DNA of 63,580 bases, filler included, from Octopus bimaculoides (GCF_001194135.2; 5 parts of 5 records of this genome joined end to end with filler, not necessarily neighbours in it), one strand, 5' to 3'; shown: positions 1 through 13,005, counted from the first letter of the whole stretch. Notes: generated from the sequence alone by a model not told the origin. Numbers and translations: made by a program.

Positions 1-1137
1 TGTATATATATATGTATATGTATGTATGTATAGTGCATATATATGTATGTACACACACACACACATATGTATAGTAGCAGAATCTGACCCTGCCTATGTT
101 TGCAGAAACCATTACAATAAAGTTATATCGTCTATGAATAATCTTAATATGTACAAATGTGGCCTTCACCTCGCAACATAAGTACGTTTGTTTACTTGTA
201 TACGAATGCGTTATTTTGCGAGTTTGGGGGGTATGCGCAATACATACATACAGACATACATACATACATGCATACATATATGCATACATACATGCATTCA
301 TGCATGTACACACACATACACGCACATACACACACACACATACACACATACACAATCACACACTTATGTAATCCGATGAATTTATTTTACCGAACCCATA
401 AAGTCGAAGATCAGAGCCAAACCTCTGGTGAGATTTGGTGTTAAAATGTATAAGGACTTACGTAAACGCCACAGTTGTCTGCTGTTGACTAATGGCGACC
501 GAGAGGGTGTATGTGTGTGTGTGGGAGAGGGAGGGAGGGAGAGTTAGAAAGTTAAAGAGAGAAAGAGATAGATCAGGGTTGAGAGACAGAAACAGGGTTG
601 AGAGACGAAAGGCAAACGAACTTTTGACGCGGTGGTGCTTCTCCCGATTTTGAAACTTCCTTGCGTTTCCTGAAGAGCAGTGTTACCCTTCAACGGATGG
701 ATGCAACCCACGTGAAACAATTTGAAATCTACTCTTAAATAGACCTTTCGGTGTGAACGATTACGAAGTATTCAAAAGATGCAGAGAGATTCAATAATCT
801 GTCTCCTTAGGGGTTTCCCATGTCCCATTACAAATCATGAATTAATGTCCGCTCGATTTTGCAACGGTATTTTAGCGTTATTTCAAACGAATAATTACCT
901 TAGTAGATTCACTTCAACATTTAAAGTTAATTTGTCAAAATATTTTCGTCGCTTTCAGACCGCGACCTGTTCACTGACAAAATTTCGTGAGTACGGTTTT
1001 TTTTTTGTGTGGTGTGTTTTTTTTTTTTTTTTTTTTTATAAACACCTTCCATGCTGCAGTTGTTTTTGTTTCAGCACACGATCTCAGATCAGGTCACTTG
1101 CTATGCAAGTACATCTCCGTAATTATCTTAGTAATTC

Positions 1138-1555
1138 TTTTCTACTCTAGGCACAAGGCCCGAGATCTTTGGGGAGAGGAGGCAGTCGATCAGATCGACT
1201 TCAGTACAAAACTATTACTTAATTTATCGACCCTGAAAGGATGAAGGGCAAAGTCGACATTGGCGGAATTTGAACTCAGAACGTAAAGACAGACGAAATA
1301 CCGCTAAGCATTTCGCCCGGCGTGCTAACGTTTATTATTTCTTTATTGCCCACAAGGGAATAAACATAGAGAGACAAACAAGGACAAAGGGATGAAGTCG
1401 ATTACATCGACTCCAGTGCGTAACTGGTACTTAATTTATCGACCCTGAAAGGATGAAAGTCGATCTCGGCGGAATTTGAACTCAGAACGTAAAGTCAGAC
1501 GAAATACCGCTAAGCATTACGTCCAGTGTGCTAACGTTTCTGCCGGCTTGCCGCC
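1138..1555 (-). mobile_element. tRNA-derived SINE family A, dimeric copy
   Basis: Two head-to-tail A units (GGCGGCAAGC...GAGTTCAAATTCCGCC...) joined by the linker CCCTTGTGGGCAATAAAGAAATAA. The family recurs about 20 times in the window. Confidence 0.85.
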
Positions 1556-1731
1556 TTCGGTTTTCATATTCTACCGAGGTCAACTTCGCCGTTCATCCTT
1601 TTAGCATGGATAAAATAAATGCCAGTCAAAAACTGGGGCCGATCTCATCCCCTGGATGATAAGCAGTGTGTCTCTAGTACTCTTGTTTTGTCTTTTGCCC
1701 ATGAATGGAAATTTGCCGTTGTGGTACTCTT

Positions 1732-1812
1732 CCTGGAGTGGCTGAGTGGTTAAGGCGATGATGCGCTAATCCATTGGGTCTCCCAACGTGAGTTTGGATC
1801 TCATCCTCGTCT
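1732..1812 (+). pseudogene. tRNA-Ser(GCT) pseudogene
   Basis: GTGGCTGAGTGGTTAAGGCGATG...GCTAATCCATT...ATCCTCGTC follows the eukaryotic tRNA-Ser(GCT) layout with a long variable arm. The acceptor stem, anticodon stem and T-loop (GTTTGGATC) are mutated. Confidence 0.7.
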
Positions 1813-1825
1813 GTTTCATTTGAGG

Positions 1826-2370
<545 letters not shown>

Positions 2371-2672
2371 AAGTATTATCTGTATTTCATCGAAATACTG
2401 AAATTTTGTTTCCTTAACTAAGTAGAATTTGGCATAAGTTAGACCCTCCATATTATAGGGCCCTAGGTTTAGTTATAAAATATTGATATTCGTTTCAAGT
2501 CTTGGCACAAAGCCAATGATTTCGGAGGAGGGTGTACACAGTGTTCAACAGGCACTTATTTTATCGACCCTGAAAGGATGAAAAAAAAAGTTAACCTCGG
2601 CGGAATTTGAACTCAGAATGTAAAGTCGGATAAAATACCGCTAAGCATTTTTCCTGGCGTGTTAATGTTTCT

Positions 2673-2882
2673 TTTCTACTCTAGGCACAAGGCCCGAAAT
2701 TTTTGGCAAGGGGGCCAGTCGATTCGATCGACCCCAGTACGCAACTGGTACTTAATTTATCGACCCGGAAAGGATGAAGGGCAAAGTCGACCTCGGTGGA
2801 ATTTGAACTCAGAACGTAAAAAGAGACGAAATACCGCAAAGCCTTCCACCCGACGTGCAAACCATTCTGCCAGCTTGCCGGC
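2673..2882 (-). mobile_element. SINE family A copy
   Basis: Near full-length match to the other family A copies. Confidence 0.85.
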
Positions 2883-3018
2883 TTACTGTTATAGCATTCG
2901 TTTATTCTTTTACTTGTTTCAGTCATCTGACGACGGCCATGCTGGAGCTCCGCCCTTAGTTGAACAAATCGACCCCGGGACTTATTTTTTGTAAGCCTAG
3001 TACTTATTCTACAAGATC

Positions 3019-3231
3019 GTGGGTAAGGTCCAAAACAGTGCGAAGTAAATGCAAAGTAAATCACAAGAAAATAGATATGTGAATTAATGTAGACTCACCT
3101 TGTGTTCAATTTCTTGAGGATGGGGTCATAACCCCGAAATACTGAACACAAGGTAAGTCTACATTAATTCACATATTTGTTTCCTTGTTGTTTACCCTGC
3201 ATTTACTTCGCATTGTTTTGGCCTTACCCAC
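3019..3231. repeat. About 210-bp foldback (inverted repeat) with a hammerhead-like core at its apex
   Basis: The left arm GTGGGTAAGGTCCAAAACAGTGCGAAGTAAATGCA...TTGTGTTCA is the near-perfect reverse complement of the right arm. The loop contains TTGAGGA-T-GGGGT(CATA)ACCCC-GAAA. Confidence 0.9.
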
Positions 3232-3279
3232 TATCCTTTATACAATATATTCTATACAATGCTTCACAGTAATCATTCC

Positions 3280-3334
<55 letters not shown>

Positions 3335-3344
3335 CATACATACA

Positions 3345-3500
3345 ACGAGCTTCTTTCAGTTTCCGTCCACCAAATCCACTCACAAGGCTTTGGTCGGCCC
3401 GAGACTATAGTAGAAGACACTTGGCCAGGGTGTCACGCAGCGAAACTGAACCCGGGACCATGTGGTTGGGAAGTAAGCTTCTTACCACACAGCCACGCCT
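3345..3500 (-). mobile_element. SINE family B head; its tail lies at about 2895-3010
   Basis: CTTCTTTCAGTTTCCGTC...CTTACCACACAGCCAC is shared with copies at 8460, 18995 and 37590. The copy is split by the foldback and a (TA)n run. Confidence 0.8.
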
Positions 3501-4185
3501 ATTGAATATTGAGATTAATTATCAGTTATTCAGTAATGGTCGCCCGATCATTGATATTGTTTCTCGATTTCATGTTATCAACAGAATAGAAAATATAGCC
3601 GGCCGATTCCAATCGGTTTTTTAACGGAATGGAAAGTGACTAGAGTGTAANNNNNNNNNNNNNNNNNNNNNNNNNNNNNNNNNNNNNNNNNNNNNNNNNN
3701 NNNNNNNNNNNNNNNNNNNNNNNNNNNNNNNNNNNNNNNNNNNNNNNNNNNNNNNNNNNNNNNNNNNNNNNNNNNNNNNNNNNNNNNNNNNNNNNNNNNN
3801 NNNNNNNNNNNNNNNNNNNNNNNNNNNNNNNNNNNNNNNNNNNNNNNNNNNNNNNNNNNNNNNNNNNNNNNNNNNNNNNNNNNNNNNNNNNNNNNNNNNN
3901 NNNNNNNNNNNNNNNNNNNNNNNNNNNNNNNNNNNNNNNNNNNNNNNNNNNNNNNNNNNNNNNNNNNNNNNNNNNNNNNNNNNNNNNNNNNNNNNNNNNN
4001 NNNNNNNNNNNNNNNNNNNNNNNNNNNNNNNNNGAGTGTGAGTGTGTGAGCGAGTGTGTGAGCGAGTGTGTGAGCGAGTGTGTGAGTGTACATGTGCGTG
4101 TGTGTGAGAATGTGCGTGTGTACGTGTGCGAGTGTGTGTGTGTGTACGTGCGTGTGTCTGCGAGTGTGTGTTTGTACGCGTGTGC

Positions 4186-4232
<47 letters not shown>

Positions 4233-5129
4233 CGTGCTTCTTGAGTAACTCAAATATTTTTATTAGTTTGTTTTGAGCACACAGCAGCCCTTTTCCAGTT
4301 TCAACACACGATCTTACATCAAATTGTTGCCAAACTGCTATAAAATAAAAGAACGAGGAGAAAAAAAACAACAAACGCACCAAAAAAAAAAATATATATA
4401 TATATAGAATCTTGATTTTTAACCTATTTTCAATACTTTCATTCTTCCATCACTTGGAGTTGATTGATCAGCTGTCAATCCATGAGTCGTTCTTTTTATT
4501 ATTTTTCTATGTTATTTTTTTGTGTAGTAAAAGAAATATAGAATCTGCCAGAACACTAAAACATGAACGACATGAATGTATTCAAAGACGACGTTTCGTC
4601 CGTCTTTACGTTCTGAGTTCAAACGGCGCTCGGGTCGATAAAACAAATAGCACTTGAATACTGGGGGGTGGGGGGTGTAATCGATTTATCCCCACCTTTC
4701 AAATCGCTGGCCTTGTACCAAAATTCGAAAGCAATATTAAGACCACCAGTGAGAAACTGGATCAGGTTGGCTTAAATATTAAACAGAGTATATGAGCTGG
4801 TTTAAAGGCTAAAGATTTCAAGAAGTCAAAATATAATAGCAATGATTATAGAGAAACCATGGTCAGCTCTATTTGAACAGATTGGTCACTAGAGAAGCCG
4901 GTAGCACTCAATAACTCTTTCGAAAGGCCTCCTTGAGACCTGATGCAAATAGTTTTAACAAAATTATCTCTGGTAAATAGAAGTGATCAAAACAAGACTT
5001 AGGAGGAAATGTAGGACGTCCTTCGATTTTGGTTTAAGCAAAGCAGAACATCACCGTTTGATCAATGTTTTAGCTATAGTCATTTAACGGTGGAGTGTAG
5101 TGACCGTATGTTTGCAGTGGTTTGGCTTG

Positions 5130-5460
5130 GTATGGCTTGGCTTAGTTCGCCATCGATTACGAGGACGAGTGTTCCAGTTGATTCGACCAACGGAACAGCC
5201 TGCTCTGAAAATCAACATGCAAATGGCTGAGCATTCCGCAGATACAAGTACACGTAGTTCTCAGGGAGATTCAGCGTGTCACAGAATGGGACAAGGTTGG
5301 CCCATTGAATTACAGGTACAGCTCATTTTTGTCAGCTGAACGGACTAGATCGACGTGAAAATAAAGTGTTTTGCTCACGGACAAAGCGAGCCGCTGAGTA
5401 TCGAACTCACAATCTTACCACCGCAAGCCGAGTACCATAACCAATACACCACGCACCTTC
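5130..5460 (-). mobile_element. SINE sharing the family C 3' tail but with a different tRNA-like head
   Basis: The tail (GCTCAGCCA...GCAGGCTGTTCCGTT...AACTGGAAC..TCGT) matches 18760-18845. The head differs. Confidence 0.7.
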
Positions 5461-6539
5461 ACACATGCATATATAACGTGTGATCCCCTATTTCAAAGAC
5501 GATAGGCATTTCGTTTTTACTTTTTTTTTTTTTCATTACTTCACTAGAAGGAAAAGGAGTACGGACGATCCTTCTTTATTTTTTATTACTTCACCAGAAG
5601 GAAAGGGAGGAACCACGATCCTTTCCAAGATAGGTGGCAGAGAGGTGAGTGAGGAGATATTCTTACACCTGAGAAATTGCCAGAATGCTTGCATCAGAAT
5701 GGATAATGATAAAAGTACTCACAGACAGCAATGCATATTTCTATTAATCACAATACCAGTGGCGGCTCGTAGATAAAAATTAGTTTTGGGGTGTTGCTTC
5801 AGAAAACTTTTTAGCCGTTGTTTTGATATTGTGTAAAAGGAAACAAACATATAAAAAGAAAATTTACACATAAACTTGATCGGTTCGCGTTTTAGCCACT
5901 GCCGGGTAGTGTATTTAATTTTTTCACTGAACACCGCCGCGAATTCCCCCTTGTTTTTCAAAAATTCCCCCTAAATCACAAAATATGGGAGGAAAATCTG
6001 TTTTATTTTTCATATCCTGGCAGTAACACAGTAACTGGAAGCAGGATAATGATCTAATTCTACACTTCACCACATTCAAGAATATAAACATGATTTTAAG
6101 CACAACACACGCGGAGTCAAAAAGAAATACTACGTTTCACCAGCACATGAGGGTCGGCACTGTGTAAATCACAGTGTTCTCTCTCCCTAGCCTGCGGCTT
6201 CCTATCTCAGACATGTAAGTATATGCACAACAGCCAAACACCGTGTCACTGGAACTGTGAAGTGCATAGTTCTATACAAGGATTTTTGTATGTTTTCATA
6301 AACTAGGAGATGGCTACTGACATTAAGCTTAAGGATTATGTAATGTACAAGTATAAAGAAAGAATTAAAGAAAAAAGAACTCATTATATTGAATGTTATC
6401 GATAATATCGAGTGGAAATAGAGGGTGCTGCAGTTCCGCAGTGCCTATACACGAGCCACCACTTCACAAAACACCCCCACCTACCCACACACATACACAG
6501 ACACGCACATACACACACACACATACGCATAAATAAGAT

Positions 6540-6930
6540 GCGATGGCAGAATCGTTAGCATGCCGGTAAAAATGTTTAGTGGTATTTCATCCGTCTTTAC
6601 ATTTTGTGTCCAAATTCCACCAAGATCTACTTTGCTTTTCTTCGTTTCGGGGTCGATCAAATAAGTACCAGTTGTACACTGGGGTTGATGTAATCAACTT
6701 ACCCCACCCCCACCCCCCAAAAACTTGCTGTCCTTGAAACCACTTAAAGGCGCGGAGCTAGCAGAATCGTTAACATGCCGGGCAAAATTCTTAGCAGCTT
6801 TCCGTCCACTTTTTTGCGTCCTGAGTTCAAACTCCGCTGAGGTTACCTTTGCCTTTCATCCTTTCGGGATCATCGATATAAACGACCAGCCCACTTCCCC
6901 GAAATTGCTGGCCTTGTACCAAAATTTGAA
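6540..6930 (+). mobile_element. Two tandem SINE family A copies
   Basis: GGCAGAATCGTTAGCATGCCGG head at about 6545, repeated at about 6760. Confidence 0.75.
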
Positions 6931-7209
6931 GCTATAACCCCAACCGAAAGTATACGAGTCGTATTACTAACGCATCATAATTTCAATTTGAGTCTCTCTC
7001 ACTTCGTGGGGAAATTCAGGACCACGCACGCACGCACGCCAGACTGTTCATCAATTGATGCCTCGAATTTATCAGCGTGTGGTGTATAGGAAAAATTAGA
7101 TAATATTCCGCAGAGTGCAGGAACTAATTAATTCAATATAGGACTACGTACTTAGCCTAATGGGAGCATAGATTTACCCTACATTTACCAAGATGAATGG
7201 CTGTAAAAG

Positions 7210-7438
7210 AAGTAGTAATAGTGGTGGTGGTGGTGGTTGTAGTAGAAGAAGCAGTAGCAGCAGCAGCGGTAGCGGTAACAGCAGCTGTAGCAGCAACAGC
7301 AGCAACGGACGCAGTGAAGCTACCCCCTCCACCCTTTTCCCCAACAAGTTCTGATGTTTTGTCCCATGTTGCGGGAATATTATCTGGAATATGTGTGCGT
7401 ATTGCTTGGCGTAACACATCGCCATGACTGTAGTAGTG

Positions 7439-7520
<82 letters not shown>

Positions 7521-7525
7521 TAGTG

Positions 7526-7566
<41 letters not shown>

Positions 7567-7676
7567 TACTGTTGTTGTTGATGTTGTTGTTGTAGAAGAA
7601 GAAGCAGAAGAAGAAGAAGAAGAAGAAGAAGAAGAAGAAGAAGAAGAAGAAGAAGAAGAAGAAGAAGAAGAAGAAG
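7210..7676. repeat. Compound trinucleotide microsatellite (GGT/GCA, TAG, GTT, GAA)
   Basis: Direct reading. It generates the poly-V/S/E/Y/F pseudo-ORFs in the track. Confidence 0.95.
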
Positions 7677-7716
7677 GAATGATTATTAAGCAATAGAAGA
7701 GTAATGTTGTGAGGGG

Positions 7717-7754
<38 letters not shown>

Positions 7755-8115
7755 TGGGTGAGGAGATATGGAAATATATGAGAAAGAGGTGCGGTGGGAG
7801 GCTAAGGAACAGAGGAGATATGGAGAGCGGAAAATCAGGAATGTGTGAAAGAAGGAGAAATGAATTAAGGGCTAATAGTGGTGATATTTAAGGGAAATAT
7901 TCCGGCAGAAAAGAAGAAATAAGAAAGAGGGGAAAAGAAAGGAAATGCGAAAGAATCGATATGGAATGGAAATAAAACTGCGTGAAGAAGTGGGATGAGG
8001 TAGTAAATATTTTAACTGCCAAAGAGACAGATTGATTGATAGAGGGACAGGCTGAACTTGATAAGTAAATGCATAGATAGAGTGATTGATTTATTGATTT
8101 GGTTGCATAGATAGT

Positions 8116-8166
<51 letters not shown>

Positions 8167-8210
8167 NNNNNNNNNNNNNNNNNNNNNNNNNNNNNNNNNN
8201 NNNNNNNNNN

Positions 8211-8222
8211 TTAATTAATTAA
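8211..8222. other. Synthetic scaffolding spacer TTAATTAATTAA inside a 100-bp gap
   Basis: 44 N + 12 nt + 44 N. The 12-mer is palindromic and has stops in all six frames. Identical at 28338, 32404 and 60005. Confidence 0.95.
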
Positions 8223-8266
8223 NNNNNNNNNNNNNNNNNNNNNNNNNNNNNNNNNNNNNNNNNNNN

Positions 8267-8565
8267 GGAGCATCGCCTTTTAGTCGAGCAAATCGACTCC
8301 AGGACTTATTCTTTGTAAGCCTAGTACTTATTCTATCGGTTTCTTTTGCCGAACCGCTAGGTTATGGGGACGTAAACACACCAGCATCGGTTGTCAAGCG
8401 ATGTTGGGGGAACAAACACAGACACACAAACATATACACACATGCATATATACATATATACGACAGGCTTCTTTCAGTTTCCGTCTACCAAATCCAGTCA
8501 CAAGGCTTTGGTCGGCCCGAGGCTATAGTAGAAGATACTTGCCCAAGGTGTCACGCAGTGTGACT
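8267..8565 (-). mobile_element. SINE family B copy, 5'-truncated by the adjacent Penelope-like element
   Basis: Matches the family B body and tail. Similarity stops at the B-box region where PLE sequence begins. Confidence 0.8.
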
Positions 8566-8569
8566 GCCT

Positions 8570-9950
8570 AATCCTATGGACGTGCACATTTGAACAGCTT
8601 ATAGATTTCAAAAATCTATTCAACAGCACAAACAATAATATTAACTTTACCATGGAATACAGTAAAACTTAACTACCATTCTTGGATATACTAATCATCA
8701 AAAGCGATAAATTATTAAGACAGATATTCACTACAAACAAACAGAATCTAAACACTACTCACTATTCTCCTCATGCCATCTCAAACACAGGAAGAATAAT
8801 ATCCCCTTTAATCTAGCAAGCAGAATCTGCACAATTGTTTCAAATCCTGAAACTCGCAATAAAAGACTTCAGGAACTAAAACAAGTACTACTTAAAAGAA
8901 TATCCATTAATGCTAATAGACAACGGAAAAGAATGTGCCAAAGCAATAAATATCAAAGAACTACGAAAAACGCTCCAGATATATCCAATAATCTACCTTT
9001 TACTATAACACACAACCCAAGAAACACAGAGGTTTACAATATTATCTACCAGAACATCCCACTACTAAAACAAGACCCAAGAATGAAACAAGCATTCGAA
9101 ATACACAAAATAATCAAAAGTAAAAAAGCAATCAAAGTCCCTCAGTAATTCCTGAGAAGTGCTAAATTACCCTCCACAATTCCTACAACAACAGTCAAAA
9201 AATGTGGCCGCCCCAAATGAGGGATCTGCATCAACCTTATTAAAGACACAACATATAAATTCAAATCAGGGCAGTCTTTCACCGTAAAAAGATCACTTTG
9301 CAGATTCTTCAAGGAATTTAATATACGCTAAATAGACTGACCAATCACTGACAAGAAATACGAGACCCCAGTACTAGACAGATTCCAATGAGTGGCCGAG
9401 ATATACATATGTGCAAAAAAATAAGTCTCCCAAACTCCAGGTCTTCCCACTTTACCTATGTTCAGCGAATAGTACAGACGAAGCACAGATAAGCAAAGAA
9501 AATACTTTCATACAAAAATACAAACCAAGACTTAACAAGCTTCAACAGAGTACATGCACAAATAACTATTCACACACAAAATTCTTTCTTTGTAGGGGCA
9601 GAATATAATGTCACGTGACATAACGCACGAACGTAGTTGGAAACATACAAAAGGTTATACAGTTCTATATTTAAGAGATGAGAAATTATGTACATTATTT
9701 GCATTATTTACATATGTAAGAGAGCTGGCTACTAACCCCAAGATTCCGAGTTCGATTCCAAGCAATAATAATAATACTAATAACAACAACATCGAAAATA
9801 CCTTAGGAATGAGAACACAGGTTCGAAATTTTCCCAAGACACCTGAAGAAGGTTGGAGGGCATATCAGCCGAAACGTTGTGTTAACAACAATCAAGATCA
9901 GGACAAATATACGTCGAATGTAAATAATGTAAATAATGTATGCAAAAGGT
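8570..9950 (+). mobile_element. Penelope-like retroelement, 5'-truncated and frameshifted (RT thumb, GIY-YIG region, terminal repeat)
   Basis: Frames read NFTMEYS..LPFLDILI, IPFNLASRICTIVSNPETR, KKCGRPK, and E..FIQKYKPRLN. Homologous to 57900-59240. Confidence 0.85.
9838..9883 (+). ncRNA. Minimal type I hammerhead ribozyme in the PLE terminal repeat
   Basis: Stem I GACAC/GTGTT, core CTGAAGA plus an extra A, stem II GGTTG/CAGCC, GAAA, palindromic stem III ACGT, triplet GUU. Confidence 0.75.
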
Positions 9951-10734
9951 TATAAACTTAATCATGACTTCATTCTCTACAAGCGCTTTACAGAAAACAT
10001 TCAGAACATTGATTGTTTGGACTTGTTCAGTCAACTGCGTCAGCCTTAACTTACGACGCCAAACATTGTCACTTGATACTAACACACGGACGTAGTGGGG
10101 AACCTACAAAAGTTTGTAAGCCCGGTCCTGTGACTATCCTCTACCAATCAAATATTATTCAAAACATAGTAATTTGAGCTATGAACTCTCTATAAAAACG
10201 GGGCAAACTTCAAACACTAGTCAGAAGCAAGACAGCTGCGACATAAGGCACATCTTTCTGTACGAACTATTTGAAAATCAGTGTAAACTGTGAAACCGGT
10301 GAGAGCTTCAAATATATTAAGAAAGAATATTTTAACCATTCTCAGTGCATTTTCACCTTCTATTTTCCCTATATTTCTACCTGTGTGGAATAAAATAACT
10401 ATTTACCTATCTATCTGTCTATCTCTCTATTTATCCTTCTATCTGTCTGTCTGTCTATCTATCTATTTATCTTTATCTCTCTATCACTATCTAAATCTAT
10501 CTCTATCCTACTCTCTCCCTCTCTCTCTCTCTTTATCTATCAGCCTCACACACTATATATATATATATGTATGTATGTATGTACGTATATATATATATGT
10601 ATGTATGTATCTCAATCTCTCTCTCTCCCTCACACACACACACTCACTCCCTCTTGCATCTCTTTCTCTCACTATCTATCTCTCAGTCTACCTGGCACGC
10701 TTTCTATCTCTCACTTTGCTCATCTCTCTTTCAG

Positions 10735-10782
<48 letters not shown>

Positions 10783-11422
10783 GCACACAAATGATGAGCA
10801 ATATATCGAAACGTCACATCCTATATTCTTATCTGCAACTGAAATTCTCATATTCTTCTATGTCCTTCACATATATTAGCTTCTCTATTGTAGTAGCTGA
10901 AGAATTTCAGAGTTTTACAAAGACTTATAGAAATAACTGACCAATGAGATAAAATTGTTGGATTTTCAGCTCAACGTAATTATAACCAATGCCAGCCAAT
11001 TGTTGCAGTCGTTTAGTACAGAAAGCTGCACTTAATCAGATTAGCATTAGCTATTGCAGTAAACCGCCCCCAAGCAATTGATTTGACAGATAATTGATTT
11101 TGTCCAGGTTTACATATCGATCCTGTTTTACAGTCGATGTCAGCTTGTAAGATGCACTTATGAGATGCATTTGTTAGATGCACTTGAAATGCATCAGACA
11201 AGTTGACTTAATTTCGATGTCAACCAATTGGATTAGTTAGTTGGAATATAAAATCGATTTATTTGGAAGTCTTATTAAAAGGTAACAATATGGAGCGTCC
11301 ATACACGTACTTGAAGTTATCAAAGAAAAGACTGCATACACCCGACTCTCAAAAGTCAAATAACACTTCACAGTTATTAATTCAGCGTCTTATTGTTTTA
11401 TGTATATGTATTCATATACATA

Positions 11423-11467
<45 letters not shown>

Positions 11468-12539
11468 NNNNNNNNNNNNNNNNNNNNNNNNNNNNNNNNN
11501 NNNNNNNNNNNNNNNNNNNNNNNNNNNNNNNNNNNNNNNNNNNNNNNNNNNNNNNNNNNNNNNNNNNNNNNNNNNNNNNNNNNNNNNNNNNNNNNNNNNN
11601 NNNNNNNNNNNNNNNNNNNNNNNNNNNNNNNNNNNNNNNNNNNNNNNNNNNNNNNNNNNNNNNNNNNNNNNNNNNNNNNNNNNNNNNNNNNNNNNNNNNN
11701 NNNNNNNNNNNNNNNNNNNNNNNNNNNNNNNNNNNNNNNNNNNNNNNNNNNNNNNNNNNNNNNNNNNNNNNNNNNNNNNNNNNNNNNNNNNNNNNNNNNN
11801 NNNNNNNNNAGACAAGTTGACTTAATTTCGATGTCAACCAATTGGATTAGTTAGTTGGAATATAAAATCGATTTATTTGGAAGTCTTATTAAAAGGTAAC
11901 AATATGGAGCGTCCATACACGTACTTGAAGTTATCAAAGAAAAGACTGCATACACCCGACTCTCAAAAGTCAAATAACACTTCACAGTTATTAATTCAGC
12001 GTCTTATTGTTTTATGTATATGTATTCATATACATATATATGTATATATATATATATATATATATAAAGATGAGAATGCGTGTCTGTCTGTGTTAATCCC
12101 TAAAACTCGAGAACTACCCAACTGATTTCATTGAAACCTTACACATGCCTTACTTAGGGTCCGTGCAGTGTCATGGGCCAAAAAACATTTCAATTTCTTG
12201 CGTAATGCAAGCCTCAAGCAATCTCTTATCTCTTACCCTATTTCAGTATTACGTGTCAAAAGTGAAACAATAACATCTCTCTATTGTAATGTGAGATACT
12301 TTCAGTTTCCTACTTTCACTATTACAGTGAAGCTATTAACTCACATATATACATGCATACATACATATTCGTCATAAACACTCTACCACTGCTACTAATA
12401 GCTGTGGGGAAACCTTTCAGATCTGTTTTACATTCGAACAGGAATCTCAAAGACATTGTCCCCTTACATCTCATTCTCCTTTCATTCCCACGACAGGGAA
12501 ATAAAACTTACTTCTCAGTACGGGTCAATGGAAGATGAT

Positions 12540-12835
12540 AACAGACATTAACCACATGCTACCTTGTCAAGTGGAATATATTGTCATGCACTTCACCTCT
12601 GCTGCATGAGGTCAGAGTGCCAACATGTTTCCAGGCCCTAAAAACCGTTCATGGATATGTCTGCACAACATACAGAGAAGCCTGCTATCGACAAGGTCTG
12701 TTAGAAGATGGTGCACAATGGGATGCAACTTTGGGAGAGGCTGCTTTATCAGAATCACCTAAAAGTCTCAGGGCACTATTTGCAGTATTACTACAGACAT
12801 GCGAACTGTGTGATCCTGCGAAGCTCTTCATCAGA
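12540..12835 (+). mobile_element. Helitron RepHel fragment
   Basis: LLHEVRVPTCFQALKTVHGYVCTTYREACYRQGLLEDGAQWDATLGEAA...LRALFAVLL matches the conserved Helitron segment between the Rep and PIF1 helicase domains. Confidence 0.85.
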
Positions 12836-13005
12836 AATATTGGAAAAGTCCAAAGAAAAGAAGACGGAGAAAGAAAATCGTCAACGATACACACGCGGTC
12901 ACATAATACATACATACATACATACATACATACATACATACATACATACATACATACATACATACATGGTGGTTGTCTACTCCTTAAACAGAGTNNNNNN
13001 NNNNG

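Noticed and set aside
665-728. Hammerhead-like CTGAAGA...GAAAC
   Set aside because: Stem II needs a bulge and wobble, and stem III cannot form beyond one pair.
959-986. Possible 28-nt microexon (TTTCAG...GTGAGT) of the VWD gene
   Set aside because: Good splice signals, but no domain or signal-peptide content. Such matches are expected by chance in 30 kb of AT-rich DNA and need RNA-seq.
6191-6214. Possible 24-nt microexon (CTCTCCCTAG...GTAAGT)
   Set aside because: Open in phase 1, but the peptide (CGFLSQT) is uninformative and there is no independent support.
7157-7696. Long ORFs with poly-V/S/E/Y/F runs
   Set aside because: They are translations of a compound trinucleotide microsatellite.
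11108-11146. Possible 39-nt phase 1-1 exon (TTGTCCAG...GTAAGA)
   Set aside because: Frame-compatible with exon A, but no recognisable homology.
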